Origin: Spirochaetota bacterium
GTDB taxonomy: Bacteria; Spirochaetota; UBA4802; UB4802
Assembly: GCA_040756435.1 (NCBI GenBank)
Contig: JBFLZD010000007.1
Span: 18,099-82,098, forward strand
Direction of reading: 5' to 3'
DNA length: 64,000 nt
Translations under genes and position numbers: made by a program
Shown here: positions 20,988-31,143 of the stretch, in pieces
How positions within the stretch are numbered: position 1 is the stretch's first letter
How the letters are laid out: each line of letters starts with the position of its first letter
Notes under the pieces: model-generated
Told to the model about the DNA's origin: nothing
Database searches by the model: none
What the model saw: the letters and a program-made list of their open reading frames with translations, nothing else

Positions 20988-21323
20988 CTCATTGCCGTAT
21001 GATACACAACTATCTCCTCATGTTTTGTAATAAATATAGCATTAATACTATAAATATGTCAAGTAAATTGCACATCATATTCACTATTAAAAAAGCCTCT
21101 CCCCTGGTCACAGGCATGGGTAAAGCCAATTATTCACCAAAAATAAATTAAATAACACACCAATTACCGCATACACCACTTAAGAAAATATAAAATATGT
21201 ATTTATACATTAGCTTCAACAATTGTAAATAAAAAGTATTGCAAAAACTCCTGATACCATTACGATACTTATTGTAGAAAGAATACTTTATAGTTTTTTA
21301 TCATTCTTGCAGGAAGTCATATC

Positions 21324-22055
21324 ATGAAAATTACTGCAATCATACAGGCACGCATGCAATCAACAAGGCTTAAAGGAAAATCAGTCCTTCCGCTTGCAGG
21401 CAAACCACTGCTGTACCATGTTATACAGCGTGCAAAAGCCATACAACAGGTCACACAGGTGGTTGTTGCTATCCCCAACGATGATGACAATAACCCGTTA
21501 GCTGATATTGCACAGCTTTGTAATGTTAATGTATTTCGAGGACCCTTGCACAATGTACTTGAGCGCTACTTTTTAGCATATAAGCAGTATGGTGGCAACT
21601 ACATAGTGCGTATCACTGCCGACAACCCTTTTACCGACAGCCATTTTGCATCGGTTGCTATAAAAGAAGCATTACGCACAAAGGTGGATCTTTGTGCAGT
21701 AAAAAACCTGCCACTTGGCACAGGAGTGGAAGTCATTGCTTCCACTGCCCTTGAAGAAGCATATACGAACAGTACAAAGCCCTACCATTTTGAACACGTA
21801 ACACCGTATATAAAAGAAAATCCTGATACCTTCAACATTCATTATTTTGATGTAGCTTATAAAAATCCTTTTCCATCACTTCGCCTGACAGTGGACACAC
21901 AGGAAGATTATATGCTTGCATCTACAATTTATGATGCGTTGTATAACGAGAGCGTTTTTTCACTGAGCGATGTCATTGCATTCCTTGAAAAAAACCCGCA
22001 TCTTGTGAAACTAAACGCATCCATACAGCAAAAACCAATGACATCGCATGAATAA
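21324..22055 (+). CDS. Acylneuraminate/pseudaminate-type cytidylyltransferase (SpsF/PseF/NeuA family)
   Basis: N-terminal IIQARMQSTRLKGK nucleotide-binding motif and ITADNPF motif typical of CMP-sugar synthetases of the SpsF family. Confidence 0.7.
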   Translation: MKITAIIQARMQSTRLKGKSVLPLAGKPLLYHVIQRAKAIQQVTQVVVAIPNDDDNNPLADIAQLCNVNVFRGPLHNVLERYFLAYKQYGGNYIVRITADNPFTDSHFASVAIKEALRTKVDLCAVKNLPLGTGVEVIASTALEEAYTNSTKPYHFEHVTPYIKENPDTFNIHYFDVAYKNPFPSLRLTVDTQEDYMLASTIYDALYNESVFSLSDVIAFLEKNPHLVKLNASIQQKPMTSHE

Positions 22056-22935
22056 CATGGACATAACAATCATAACCGATTCAGGCCCACACATAGGCCA
22101 GGGCCACTGGCAGCGCATGCTATTCTTTGCATTGTACTGCGCACACAATGGCATACCCGTTACACTGTTACACAAACATGGCGCGTCAACACCTTTAGGC
22201 TTTCCTTTAAAGGTAAGCGATAGTATTCCGCAAAACACTCACTGCATTATACGGGACATGCGTGATTCATCAAAAGAAGAAATTGAAAATTTGAGGGCGA
22301 TAGCACCTGTTATCGTCATCGATGACTGTGGAGAAGGCCGAACACTTGCACACGCAGCTATTGACCTTTTGCCAAATATTTATGGCAACACTGCAAATAC
22401 TTTTCAAGCCACTATGCCGCTTTTCCTGTACGGCTATAATTTTTACCAGTCACTATCGCAAGCTCCACCCAGTATATCAAAAGACATAGATTGTTTTATA
22501 TATGCAACCACATTTGATGCAACACCACTGTGTGATTCATTAGGCAAACACTATAGCTTTGTGTGCAGTGATGGCAACACATTCATAACAAACACACTAT
22601 TATCAAATCGTAGCTATACAAATCTCATTGCACGCAGTAAGGTAGTTATATCCCACTTTGGTATATCTATTTACGAAGCAATGCTGTGTGGTTGCCATTG
22701 TATTATTCTCAATCCAACAGCCTATCATGATGAACTATCGCACACATTGCAAAACACCAACGTGCTTGTACACCACCAGCTTTATAATCAGGCAGATATT
22801 CCCAAAATCATGGAAATTTTAAAAAATTTTGTTGAACAGGCAAATACGCCTGTTGATACTGCCCATTGCATAAGCACCATCCAGACAAATCTGAAAAACT
22901 TTTACGATGCGCTACGATTAATTATCACATCATAA
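22048..22935 (+). CDS. SpsG/PseG-like UDP-sugar hydrolase / glycosyltransferase-fold protein
   Basis: N-terminal DSGPHIGQGHWQRMLFFA resembles the PseG/SpsG G-x-G-H-x-x-R motif. 8-bp overlap with the upstream SpsF-like gene (SpsF-SpsG pairing is common). Confidence 0.5.
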   Translation: MNNMDITIITDSGPHIGQGHWQRMLFFALYCAHNGIPVTLLHKHGASTPLGFPLKVSDSIPQNTHCIIRDMRDSSKEEIENLRAIAPVIVIDDCGEGRTLAHAAIDLLPNIYGNTANTFQATMPLFLYGYNFYQSLSQAPPSISKDIDCFIYATTFDATPLCDSLGKHYSFVCSDGNTFITNTLLSNRSYTNLIARSKVVISHFGISIYEAMLCGCHCIILNPTAYHDELSHTLQNTNVLVHHQLYNQADIPKIMEILKNFVEQANTPVDTAHCISTIQTNLKNFYDALRLIITS

Positions 22936-22954
22936 ACGGAAAGAGGTTGTACCA

Positions 22955-24880
22955 ATGGGATATTCGGTATGTTATAAAATACTGCAGTCACATCTCAAAG
23001 AGGGAAAACTTGAACCGGGAACTGAAATTGGCATTGTCATTGACCAGACATTGACTCAGGATGCAACGGGCACCATGGCGTATTTGCAGTTTGAAGCAAT
23101 GGGCATTGACCGTGTAAAAACTGAGATCTCTGTGTCGTACGTTGATCACAATACATTGCAGATGGGCTTTGAAAATGCTGATGACCATAAATACCTGCAG
23201 ACCATGAATGCCAGATACGGAATCTATTATTCTAAGGCAGGCAACGGTATATGCCATCAGGTGCATTTAGAGCGATTTGCAAAGCCAGGAAAAACATTGC
23301 TTGGTTCTGACAGCCACACACCCACCGCTGGTGGCATGGGCATGGTAGCCATTGGTGCTGGTGGGTTAGATGTTGCCGTTGCTATGGGTGGAGGACTGTT
23401 TTATTTAACCTGCCCAAAAGTTATAAATATTTATCTTACCGGAAAACTTCGTCCGTGGGTTAGCGCAAAGGATATTATTCTTACAGTGCTTCAAAAACTT
23501 ACTACAAAAGGTAATGTTGGCTATGTGATAGAATATACAGGGCCTGGCATTACAATGCTTTCAGTGCCTGAGCGTGCAACCATTACCAATATGGGTGCCG
23601 AGTTAGGTGTAACCACGTCGCTTTTCCCCAGTGATATGGTTACCTATGAGTTTTTAAAAGCACAGGGCAGAGAAAAAGATTTTATTGAACTTCTTCCTGA
23701 TACCGATGCAGTTTACGATAAGATTATTGAACTTGACCTTTCCAGCATAGAGCCAATGATAGCCTGTCCTCACTCACCAGATAACGTGGTAACTGTTGAA
23801 TCAATTAAAGGCATGAAGGTGGATCAGGTTGCCATTGGCAGTTGTACTAACTCATCGTATAAAGATTTAGTCACTGTTGCAAAAATTCTTAAAGGCAAAA
23901 AGATTCATCCCCATGTTAGCTGTATTCTGGCTCCAGGCTCAAAGCAAGTGTTACAGATGTTAGCCAAAGAAGGGTACTTAGCTGACATTATTGAAAGCGG
24001 TGTGCGCATTATGGAATCTGCCTGCGGTTTTTGCATTGGCAATGGCGGTGCACCCATTTCTGGCGGCGTGTCATTGCGCACCAACAACCGCAACTTTGAA
24101 GGGCGTTCAGGCACTAAAGATGCAAAGGTGTACCTGGTAAGCCCTGAAACCGCTGCGCTATCGGCCATTGAAGGCAAGCTTGTAAATCCTTTAGATATGC
24201 CTGCAAGAAGCTTTCCCCAAATAGAATTGCCAAGCACATTTATAATAGATGATTCTATGATCATTCCACCGTTTCAGTCAGATGAACCTATATTCAGAGG
24301 TCCAAACATTGGCCAGCCTCCAAAAACACAGCCCCTACCACAAACCATTCATGCCGTGGTGGGCATAAAGGTTGGCGACAAAATTACCACTGACCACATC
24401 ATGCCTGCAGGGCAACGTTTGAAATATCGATCCAATATTCCTGAATATGCAAAATATGTTTTTGAAATGGTCGATAGTTCATTTTCAAAACGCGCACTTG
24501 ATAATAAAGAAAAAGGGCTGGCAACAGTAATCGTTGGCGGTGTAAGCTACGGACAGGGCTCAAGCCGTGAACATGCGGCTATATGCCCTGCATATCTGGG
24601 AGTAAAGATAGTGCTTGCTAAATCGTTTGAACGCATTCATACAGCAAATCTCATTAACTTTGGGATTTTGCCACTGATATTTAACAATGAAAGTGACTAT
24701 GACAGCATACAGGTGGGGGATACCGTTGTAGTGAAGGATTGCATAAAACAGGTTGAAAGCGGTACCATGATTACATTACTCATCAATAACAAATCTGTAC
24801 ACTGTACATTGCTTGCAACTGATAGGCAACGAAAGATTTTAATTGCTGGGGGGCTACTTAATTATACCACACAGCACTAA
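22955..24880 (+). CDS. Aconitase-family hydro-lyase (short ~640-aa putative aconitate hydratase / homoaconitase-like type with fused swivel domain)
   Basis: GSDSHTPTAGGMGMVAIGAGG and CGFCIGNGG Fe-S ligand regions. C-terminal swivel domain VIVGGVSYGQGSSREHAA. Domain order 1-2-3-4 as in mitochondrial-type aconitases. Confidence 0.85.
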   Translation: MGYSVCYKILQSHLKEGKLEPGTEIGIVIDQTLTQDATGTMAYLQFEAMGIDRVKTEISVSYVDHNTLQMGFENADDHKYLQTMNARYGIYYSKAGNGICHQVHLERFAKPGKTLLGSDSHTPTAGGMGMVAIGAGGLDVAVAMGGGLFYLTCPKVINIYLTGKLRPWVSAKDIILTVLQKLTTKGNVGYVIEYTGPGITMLSVPERATITNMGAELGVTTSLFPSDMVTYEFLKAQGREKDFIELLPDTDAVYDKIIELDLSSIEPMIACPHSPDNVVTVESIKGMKVDQVAIGSCTNSSYKDLVTVAKILKGKKIHPHVSCILAPGSKQVLQMLAKEGYLADIIESGVRIMESACGFCIGNGGAPISGGVSLRTNNRNFEGRSGTKDAKVYLVSPETAALSAIEGKLVNPLDMPARSFPQIELPSTFIIDDSMIIPPFQSDEPIFRGPNIGQPPKTQPLPQTIHAVVGIKVGDKITTDHIMPAGQRLKYRSNIPEYAKYVFEMVDSSFSKRALDNKEKGLATVIVGGVSYGQGSSREHAAICPAYLGVKIVLAKSFERIHTANLINFGILPLIFNNESDYDSIQVGDTVVVKDCIKQVESGTMITLLINNKSVHCTLLATDRQRKILIAGGLLNYTTQH

Positions 24881-25467
24881 GGGATCATTTCAACAACCTT
24901 AACATTGAATCCACAGAAGGGGAGCCACCCCTTCTTTTTTGCTTTTTCAGCAGTGACAATGATATACGGTATATATTCAGGTTCAAATGGCTCACGCAGC
25001 AGGTTCCAGCCTATCTCATGCATAAGCTTGTTACCTTTTTGGTTGTTACACCATTTGCATGCGCACACCAAATTATGCCAGCTAGAAAAACCTTCCTTTA
25101 AGGATTTGCCAGTTACCACTTCCCATCTGCTTCGCGGGATAACATGGTCAACAGTAAGGTATTTCATCTGGAAGCGTTTACCACAGTACTGACATTGCAT
25201 GTCATCACGGTAAATGACATTAAGCTTTGAAAACACAACCTTGCGACGCGGCAGATGATGGTAGTTAAGAATAGCAATAACAGAAGGGACTTTAATTGCT
25301 ATTGATGGGGAGCGGATAAAAGTATCTTCCTCAACAACGGGCACAGCTTTGTCGGAAAGCAATAGGCATATTGCCTCTTTTACCGTTGTTATTCGGATGG
25401 GAACAAACCCTGCATTTAGTACCAGTACCTCAGATTCAATCATGGTGTACCACCTGTACGCACACAA
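24877..25467 (-). CDS. Stand-alone HNH endonuclease
   Basis: CQYCGKRF...LTVDHVIPRSRW...HNLVCACKWCNNQKGNK gives a full HNH motif with two CxxC zinc knuckles. 4-bp convergent overlap with the aconitase stop. Confidence 0.8.
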   Translation of the reverse strand: MCAYRWYTMIESEVLVLNAGFVPIRITTVKEAICLLLSDKAVPVVEEDTFIRSPSIAIKVPSVIAILNYHHLPRRKVVFSKLNVIYRDDMQCQYCGKRFQMKYLTVDHVIPRSRWEVVTGKSLKEGFSSWHNLVCACKWCNNQKGNKLMHEIGWNLLREPFEPEYIPYIIVTAEKAKKKGWLPFCGFNVKVVEMIP

Positions 25468-25667
25468 GCGTTACAGGTAATAAAAAAACCTGCTTATAAA
25501 ATTTGCATAATGATAGCTGTTGTACAAGGTATGTCAACAATATTTAGTAAAAAAATATTATTTTTTTTCACATTAAAAATGAAGCATACAGTTAATAGAT
25601 TAAAATATTTTGGCTCCCACCGCTGCAACGGTAGTAGTCTACATCAATAAAAAATTCATGCAGTACA

Positions 25668-27884
25668 TTATCCCTTTACCAACAGGGATAGCCTGTCAGA
25701 CTTTTCACTAATGGATTTTGAATATTCTTTTATTTTGCTGTTTGTTGTGGCAATACTATCAGCCATTGATGAAATGATGTTTATTGATTCCAGTGTGTTA
25801 GTCATTACATCTTTAATTTTTTCTGATAACTGGAATATATCATTAGATAGTTTATCAATTTGAATAACTTGCTCTTTAACCTTTTGCAATTCATCAGTCT
25901 GATTGTTGACAACCTTTTGAAACGATACTATACCATCTTTAACAGTTCCAATTAGTGAAAAGATATCTGAAAGTGCTGTATTTGAATCCTGTGAAAGTAC
26001 AACTATGGAATGTATATCCTGCGCAATGCTTGCAACACGCTGACTGATCATCCCTGACTGTTCAGCAGTTGCTGCAGCCAATTTCCCAATTTCGTCTGCC
26101 ACAACAGCAAAGCCCCTTCCTGCCTCCCCAGCACGAGCAGCTTCTATTGATGCGTTTAATGAAAGTAGATTAATCTTATCCGAAATCTCATCTATTACAG
26201 CAACAAATTGCTCAATTTCATGGCTGCCCTGCTGGAGTACATTCATATTAGTGATCATAGTGTTGAGGGTATTTTCAGCATTTTTTGCTCTTGAAACAAT
26301 AGATTCAATAATACCTATAAATCGTTTATTTTCATTAATAAGTGCAGTATATGCATTTTCCATTGTAACCACATATTCCTGTGATTTTTTCCCCTGCTCT
26401 TTCTGAGCTTTCAAAGCGTTATGCAGTTCTTCTAACGACATCTGTAAACCGGAAAACGAATCCTGGATGTGAGTTGTCATTTCAGCCTGTTTACCTGAAA
26501 CTTCTGAAAAAGTTTTACTGATTAACTCAAGTTCACGACTTACCTGAATAAAATCATTTGATATAACATTGACAGCACTTACAATGGCTTCAAGATGGGA
26601 TGCTTTTTGTAATGCTTCTGCTTCACTCACTTTCTTTTCTTCATAGAGCATACCAATATCTTTACGCATAACATTGATTCGGTCAGCTAATGCAAAAGAC
26701 AAAAATAGCACAACAAAAGCAGATCCAATCTGAATACTCCACTGGGTTGCAAATGTGGTTGGCAGTACTCCAAAAGTTTTTAAAGCATATAACAAAACCC
26801 CTATGGATAATCCTAAAAAACCAACTGCAAAAAAACGAGCAATCCGTGATTTTTTCAATAATGCATACGCCTGCATGGGAAATAATACCGATACTGCATA
26901 TATTGTAAATCCAGTTGCTATTTTAATTGCTAATTTATATTGTATTGCCAGACTGGAAAGTACTATTATAATGCCTGGTATAATTATTAATACCATATTA
27001 GCTATTATCATTTTCCTGCTTTTCCATAAAACATCAGTTGCACGCAGTAAAAAAATGGAGCAGCTTGTTATAGTCAATGCCATAAAAAACGGCAGTGAAT
27101 TATTTCCCCACCAAACATGGTTGGGCCACAAATATTGATATGCATAGCCATTCAGGCTCATCTGCAACAATATCCAGGATGCTATGAAAAGAACATACAG
27201 TAAATATGAAATATCTCGTATAGATACAAACACAAATAAATTAAATATTACCATAATGATCATAAGCCCGTAATATATCCATATAAGAGGCTGCTCAATA
27301 TTAAGGTGATCTAAAAATCCTTTTACTGAAAATATGGTTGTGGTAAAATTTAGTGAACTTGTGGTTACAATTTTACAATAATAAGTATTTTCTCCAGGAT
27401 ACATATCCAGCAAAAACACAAAACCTACATCAGTTATCGCTCTTTTTTTAAAAGGGAAACTATCACCCGCCACTTCTTTTCCATAGTTCCCATCTTCAAG
27501 AGGTTTATAGAATTCTATATAGTCAATCATGGGATAGGAAATGCGTAGAAACGCCGTATGATGTACTTTGGAAAAGTTGTTGATGGTAAACCTGAACCAG
27601 TATGCACTTTCAGTAAATCCAAAATTTGCGGTTTCTTTTCCCACCGCTTCCCATTTTTTTATGTTAATAATATCACTCAATACAAGCTTGTTGTTTCTGT
27701 CTTCAACATATTCTAACATAACTGGAATTTTATCAGGCATTGTATCATGTATTTGTATCACCTCAGCATATGTGTAACAAGGAGCCATGCAAAGTATTAA
27801 TGGCATAATGGCAGGAAAGAATATAAATTTTAACAAAGTAACACATCTACTTGCAATTTTTATTATGGCATTACTAGTTTTCAT
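25668..27884 (-). CDS. Methyl-accepting chemotaxis protein with 7TMR-DISMED2 extracellular domain and 7TM-DISM membrane module
   Basis: Periplasmic 7TMR-DISMED2-like domain ([15 protein letters not shown]), seven TM helices, and the highly conserved MCP signalling hairpin ([23 protein letters not shown]). Confidence 0.85.
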   Translation of the reverse strand: MKTSNAIIKIASRCVTLLKFIFFPAIMPLILCMAPCYTYAEVIQIHDTMPDKIPVMLEYVEDRNNKLVLSDIINIKKWEAVGKETANFGFTESAYWFRFTINNFSKVHHTAFLRISYPMIDYIEFYKPLEDGNYGKEVAGDSFPFKKRAITDVGFVFLLDMYPGENTYYCKIVTTSSLNFTTTIFSVKGFLDHLNIEQPLIWIYYGLMIIMVIFNLFVFVSIRDISYLLYVLFIASWILLQMSLNGYAYQYLWPNHVWWGNNSLPFFMALTITSCSIFLLRATDVLWKSRKMIIANMVLIIIPGIIIVLSSLAIQYKLAIKIATGFTIYAVSVLFPMQAYALLKKSRIARFFAVGFLGLSIGVLLYALKTFGVLPTTFATQWSIQIGSAFVVLFLSFALADRINVMRKDIGMLYEEKKVSEAEALQKASHLEAIVSAVNVISNDFIQVSRELELISKTFSEVSGKQAEMTTHIQDSFSGLQMSLEELHNALKAQKEQGKKSQEYVVTMENAYTALINENKRFIGIIESIVSRAKNAENTLNTMITNMNVLQQGSHEIEQFVAVIDEISDKINLLSLNASIEAARAGEAGRGFAVVADEIGKLAAATAEQSGMISQRVASIAQDIHSIVVLSQDSNTALSDIFSLIGTVKDGIVSFQKVVNNQTDELQKVKEQVIQIDKLSNDIFQLSEKIKDVMTNTLESINIISSMADSIATTNSKIKEYSKSISEKSDRLSLLVKG

Positions 27885-28271
27885 GGTGGTACCTCATGGA
27901 ATATAGATACATCCATATTTTAATCATCTACAATTATAACCCCAAGTATGCATACACTTTATTATGTCATGCTAAATCCCAATGTATCCGCACTATAAAG
28001 ATGCATATCGTAAAACGCAGGGAAATGAAAGCTTTATTATCAAGCTTCAACTATCGCCGTTTACTATAATTTCAACAATCCTTGTTACTATTGTTCATAG
28101 TACAATTACCATACACCAATACTTGCTCAATAGTATCATCATAATGCCACTTGAATGTCATGCGTTACCATACAAAGAAAAATCAGTGCATAATATTAAT
28201 ATTTCATATAAATGCATCACAACCACGTTTATTAAACAATGGGATAATTTGCTGGCAAGGAGAACATTGGA

Positions 28272-28303
28272 TTTTTTAGTACTGACATGTCAGTACTTTT
28301 TTG
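28272..28303 (+). terminator. Perfect 20-bp palindrome AGTACTGACATGTCAGTACT flanked by T-runs; intrinsic terminator or dimeric-TF operator in the divergent MCP/lipoprotein intergenic region
   Basis: attttttAGTACTGA-CATG-TCAGTACTtttttg at 28272-28303. Confidence 0.4.
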
Positions 28304-28448
28304 TCAATAAAAAAACTATTTCCCGATAACTATCGCACAAAAATATTTAAAAATAAATCTTGATATTTTATGCTATATACACTATTGATAGTTCTATTAA
28401 ACGTATACAGGATAGCAAGATACAATCTTTGTAAAGGAGATATTCGCC

Positions 28449-29684
28449 ATGAAAAATATTTTTTGCTATATGATTGCTGCCTGCATCACACTTTCCATTG
28501 GATGTGCTTCTGACCTTCCTATACGAGATATGTCCAAAGCTCGCTATGGGATAACCGAAGCTGAAGAAGTAAAGGCAGACAAGTATGCACCTGAAGAACT
28601 GGAGAAGGCAAAACAATACCTTTATGACACGCATACATTGTTAAAAGAAGATAAAACAAAGGACGCTCAAAAAAAATCAGTAGAATCACTGGCAGAATCC
28701 CAAAAAGCTATTGAAAAGTCTCTGCCACTATATGCAAGCGATATGCTTACAGAAGCCAATGAAAGCCTGCAGCAGGCTGAAATGCTTAACGCCAAAGAAT
28801 TTGCAAATGTTGAATATGCACAGGCTGCAAGCTCTCTGGATGAAGCAACCAGGCTTAATGCCGATAAAAACTATCGGCCATCAATTCAAAAATCGAAAGA
28901 GTCAATTGGCTTTGCTAATGAGGCAAAAGCCAAATCACTGGCAATGATTCCGCAACTTAAAGAACAGCTTGTAGTACTGGAAAATGAAAAAGAATCACTG
29001 CGCACCCAGCGTGGTGATGAATTTGCAAAAGACGAATTGTCAAAAACCGAGCAAAAAATTAATGAAGCCACTACAAAACTTGAAGAGCAAAACATAGTTG
29101 CAGCAATTGCAGCAATGCAGGGGGCAAAAGAATCTTTACTACAGGCAAAAATAGCTATTGAAAAAGGAAAAGCATCTGAATCCCTGGAAGCCGCAAAAAG
29201 CCTTTACACACAGGTCAGTGAAAGGGAATCTTCCCAAGAGATGGCACAAACACTTACTGAAGCTGAAAAACTTATAGCAAATAGTCAGGATCTCTTTTCA
29301 AAAGAAAATTATATTGAATCATACGACGCTTCACAGCAAGCAATAACGGTACTAAATTCAATGCTCATAGCTATGGAAAAGAAGGAAGAAGCCATTGCAA
29401 TGCAAGAAGAAGCTAAAGAAGGAGAAGAAGTTATTACTAAAGAAGAGCCAAAAAAGGAATACAAAGAATATATTGTCCAGTATAATCCCAAAGCACGTGA
29501 TTGCCTGTGGAGAATAGCTCTTAAAGTATATAACAATGCACGCCTGTGGCCTCTTATTTATATAGCCAACAAAGATCAGATTAAAGATCCTGATTTAATC
29601 TTTCCTGGTCAGCGATTTATCATTCCTGCAGTAGAAAAGGAAAAGAAGGAACCAGGTACTGAAGAAAAAGCAAAATCTAATTAA
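28449..29684 (+). CDS. Lipoprotein with long alpha-helical region and C-terminal LysM-like peptidoglycan-binding domain
   Basis: Lipobox LSIGC|AS. A/E/K-rich helical middle region. C-terminal YIVQYNPKARDCLWRIALKVY...IFPGQRFIIP resembles LysM. RBS AAAGGAG. Confidence 0.6.
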   Translation: MKNIFCYMIAACITLSIGCASDLPIRDMSKARYGITEAEEVKADKYAPEELEKAKQYLYDTHTLLKEDKTKDAQKKSVESLAESQKAIEKSLPLYASDMLTEANESLQQAEMLNAKEFANVEYAQAASSLDEATRLNADKNYRPSIQKSKESIGFANEAKAKSLAMIPQLKEQLVVLENEKESLRTQRGDEFAKDELSKTEQKINEATTKLEEQNIVAAIAAMQGAKESLLQAKIAIEKGKASESLEAAKSLYTQVSERESSQEMAQTLTEAEKLIANSQDLFSKENYIESYDASQQAITVLNSMLIAMEKKEEAIAMQEEAKEGEEVITKEEPKKEYKEYIVQYNPKARDCLWRIALKVYNNARLWPLIYIANKDQIKDPDLIFPGQRFIIPAVEKEKKEPGTEEKAKSN

Positions 29685-29688
29685 ACTA

Positions 29689-30870
29689 GTGCACATCTAT
29701 TTGCCAATGCGTGTAATGCACATTATCCTGATGGTGCTTGCTTTGAGGCTGCCCCTGTATGCTCGTGGCATACCGCTTGATTCGGTATACCTGAGTACAT
29801 CTTCAGCCGAATACCAGAAATTGTTTTTCACACGCCTTGATTACTATCAGAGTATTGGGGCACAGTTTATAGATTCTGGTATTGCATATGCAGGATGGCT
29901 CAACGGGAAACAAGTTATCTATATAAAAGAATACGGTAACACAAATGTTGTTATCATCAATACTATCGCTACCCGCAAAGCATACCCGTTGTATCAGTTC
30001 AAAGGAACAGTTATATCAGCACGCATTTCATCTAACGGTGCATACATTGCTGTAAAATATTTCAACACCAATAAAATTCCCCAGCCACAATTGCTCTTGA
30101 TTCATATACCAAAGAAAACCATCAAAGTATTACAAACTTCATCTGCAGGTATGGATTATTCTTTTTCCCGGGATGGCAATTCAATCTATTTTAAAAATAA
30201 CAACTGCATTGTTGAGGTTATGGGCGATAGTTACCCGGGAAAAGAAATCCTTTGTCGTGACAGCACCCCACAGTGGGATGAAAACACAGTGATTTTAGAT
30301 CACAGCAGTCACAGGCTTTTTGTCAGTGGATCATCCGGCAATTATGATGTCTATGTGCACAACAATCTATCATGGAAAAAGCTTTTTACTGCCATAACCC
30401 CGGCCGAAGTCTTTATTACCAATAATTCTGTCTTCTATACTGCAGGCTTTCCCGGAGGTTATACGGTGAACCTGTATTCATTGCAATCGGGAAAAACACA
30501 GAGAGTTTTACCCGGTTCATTCAATCCATCATTGCATATGATGGGAAATACTGCTATTTTCCTGAATAACGCATTTATCACGCTATACGATAGTTCTAAG
30601 AATAAACTATTGCCAACTACAATTGAAAGCGATGAGGCAAAACTGTCCCCTGATCTTTTTTCTATTGCTTCAACCCTGTACAGTCGTCTCTTTATACTAC
30701 CCACTGCCAATATTCTTACATTAGACCCTCAATCAAAACGATACCTTGCCACAATGGAATCACAATACACCTTGATTTTGCAAAAAAAGAGTATGTATAC
30801 ATCCCCATACAGCTTTACTTACATACAACAAAAAAAGGCAACGATAGCATCATTGCTCAAATTATTTTAA
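29689..30870 (+). CDS. Secreted hypothetical protein, beta-propeller-like (TolB/WD40-like) repeats
   Basis: Signal peptide. Repeated S/G-x-DG-x-x-I/Y-F/Y blocks (FSRDGNSIYF, SSNGAYIAV). No catalytic motif. Confidence 0.4.
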   Translation: MHIYLPMRVMHIILMVLALRLPLYARGIPLDSVYLSTSSAEYQKLFFTRLDYYQSIGAQFIDSGIAYAGWLNGKQVIYIKEYGNTNVVIINTIATRKAYPLYQFKGTVISARISSNGAYIAVKYFNTNKIPQPQLLLIHIPKKTIKVLQTSSAGMDYSFSRDGNSIYFKNNNCIVEVMGDSYPGKEILCRDSTPQWDENTVILDHSSHRLFVSGSSGNYDVYVHNNLSWKKLFTAITPAEVFITNNSVFYTAGFPGGYTVNLYSLQSGKTQRVLPGSFNPSLHMMGNTAIFLNNAFITLYDSSKNKLLPTTIESDEAKLSPDLFSIASTLYSRLFILPTANILTLDPQSKRYLATMESQYTLILQKKSMYTSPYSFTYIQQKKATIASLLKLF

Positions 30871-31143
30871 TACGAGTTCATTATATAGTATAATGAATAC
30901 AAAGTTATTTATGGTATTTAATAGTAAATGGCGTTTTGCAATAACACATTTGTAGTATAGATTTCCATCATTCCTTCCATTTCCTGTTTTGGATGGCTTT
31001 ATGTTTATTATCCAATAGAACATATCCCTATCAGCATTGCTGATTATTATTTGCACAGTTTTTTATATTATATTTCAATTTGTAGTTGCAATTTGTTCCG
31101 ATAGTAGTATGATTGTGTTATACATATACTTTGGAGGGAACAT

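Noticed and set aside
27982-28329. 115-aa ORF in the MCP/lipoprotein intergenic region
   Set aside because: No RBS, odd composition, and a strong terminator-like palindrome lies inside its 3' end. Judged non-coding.
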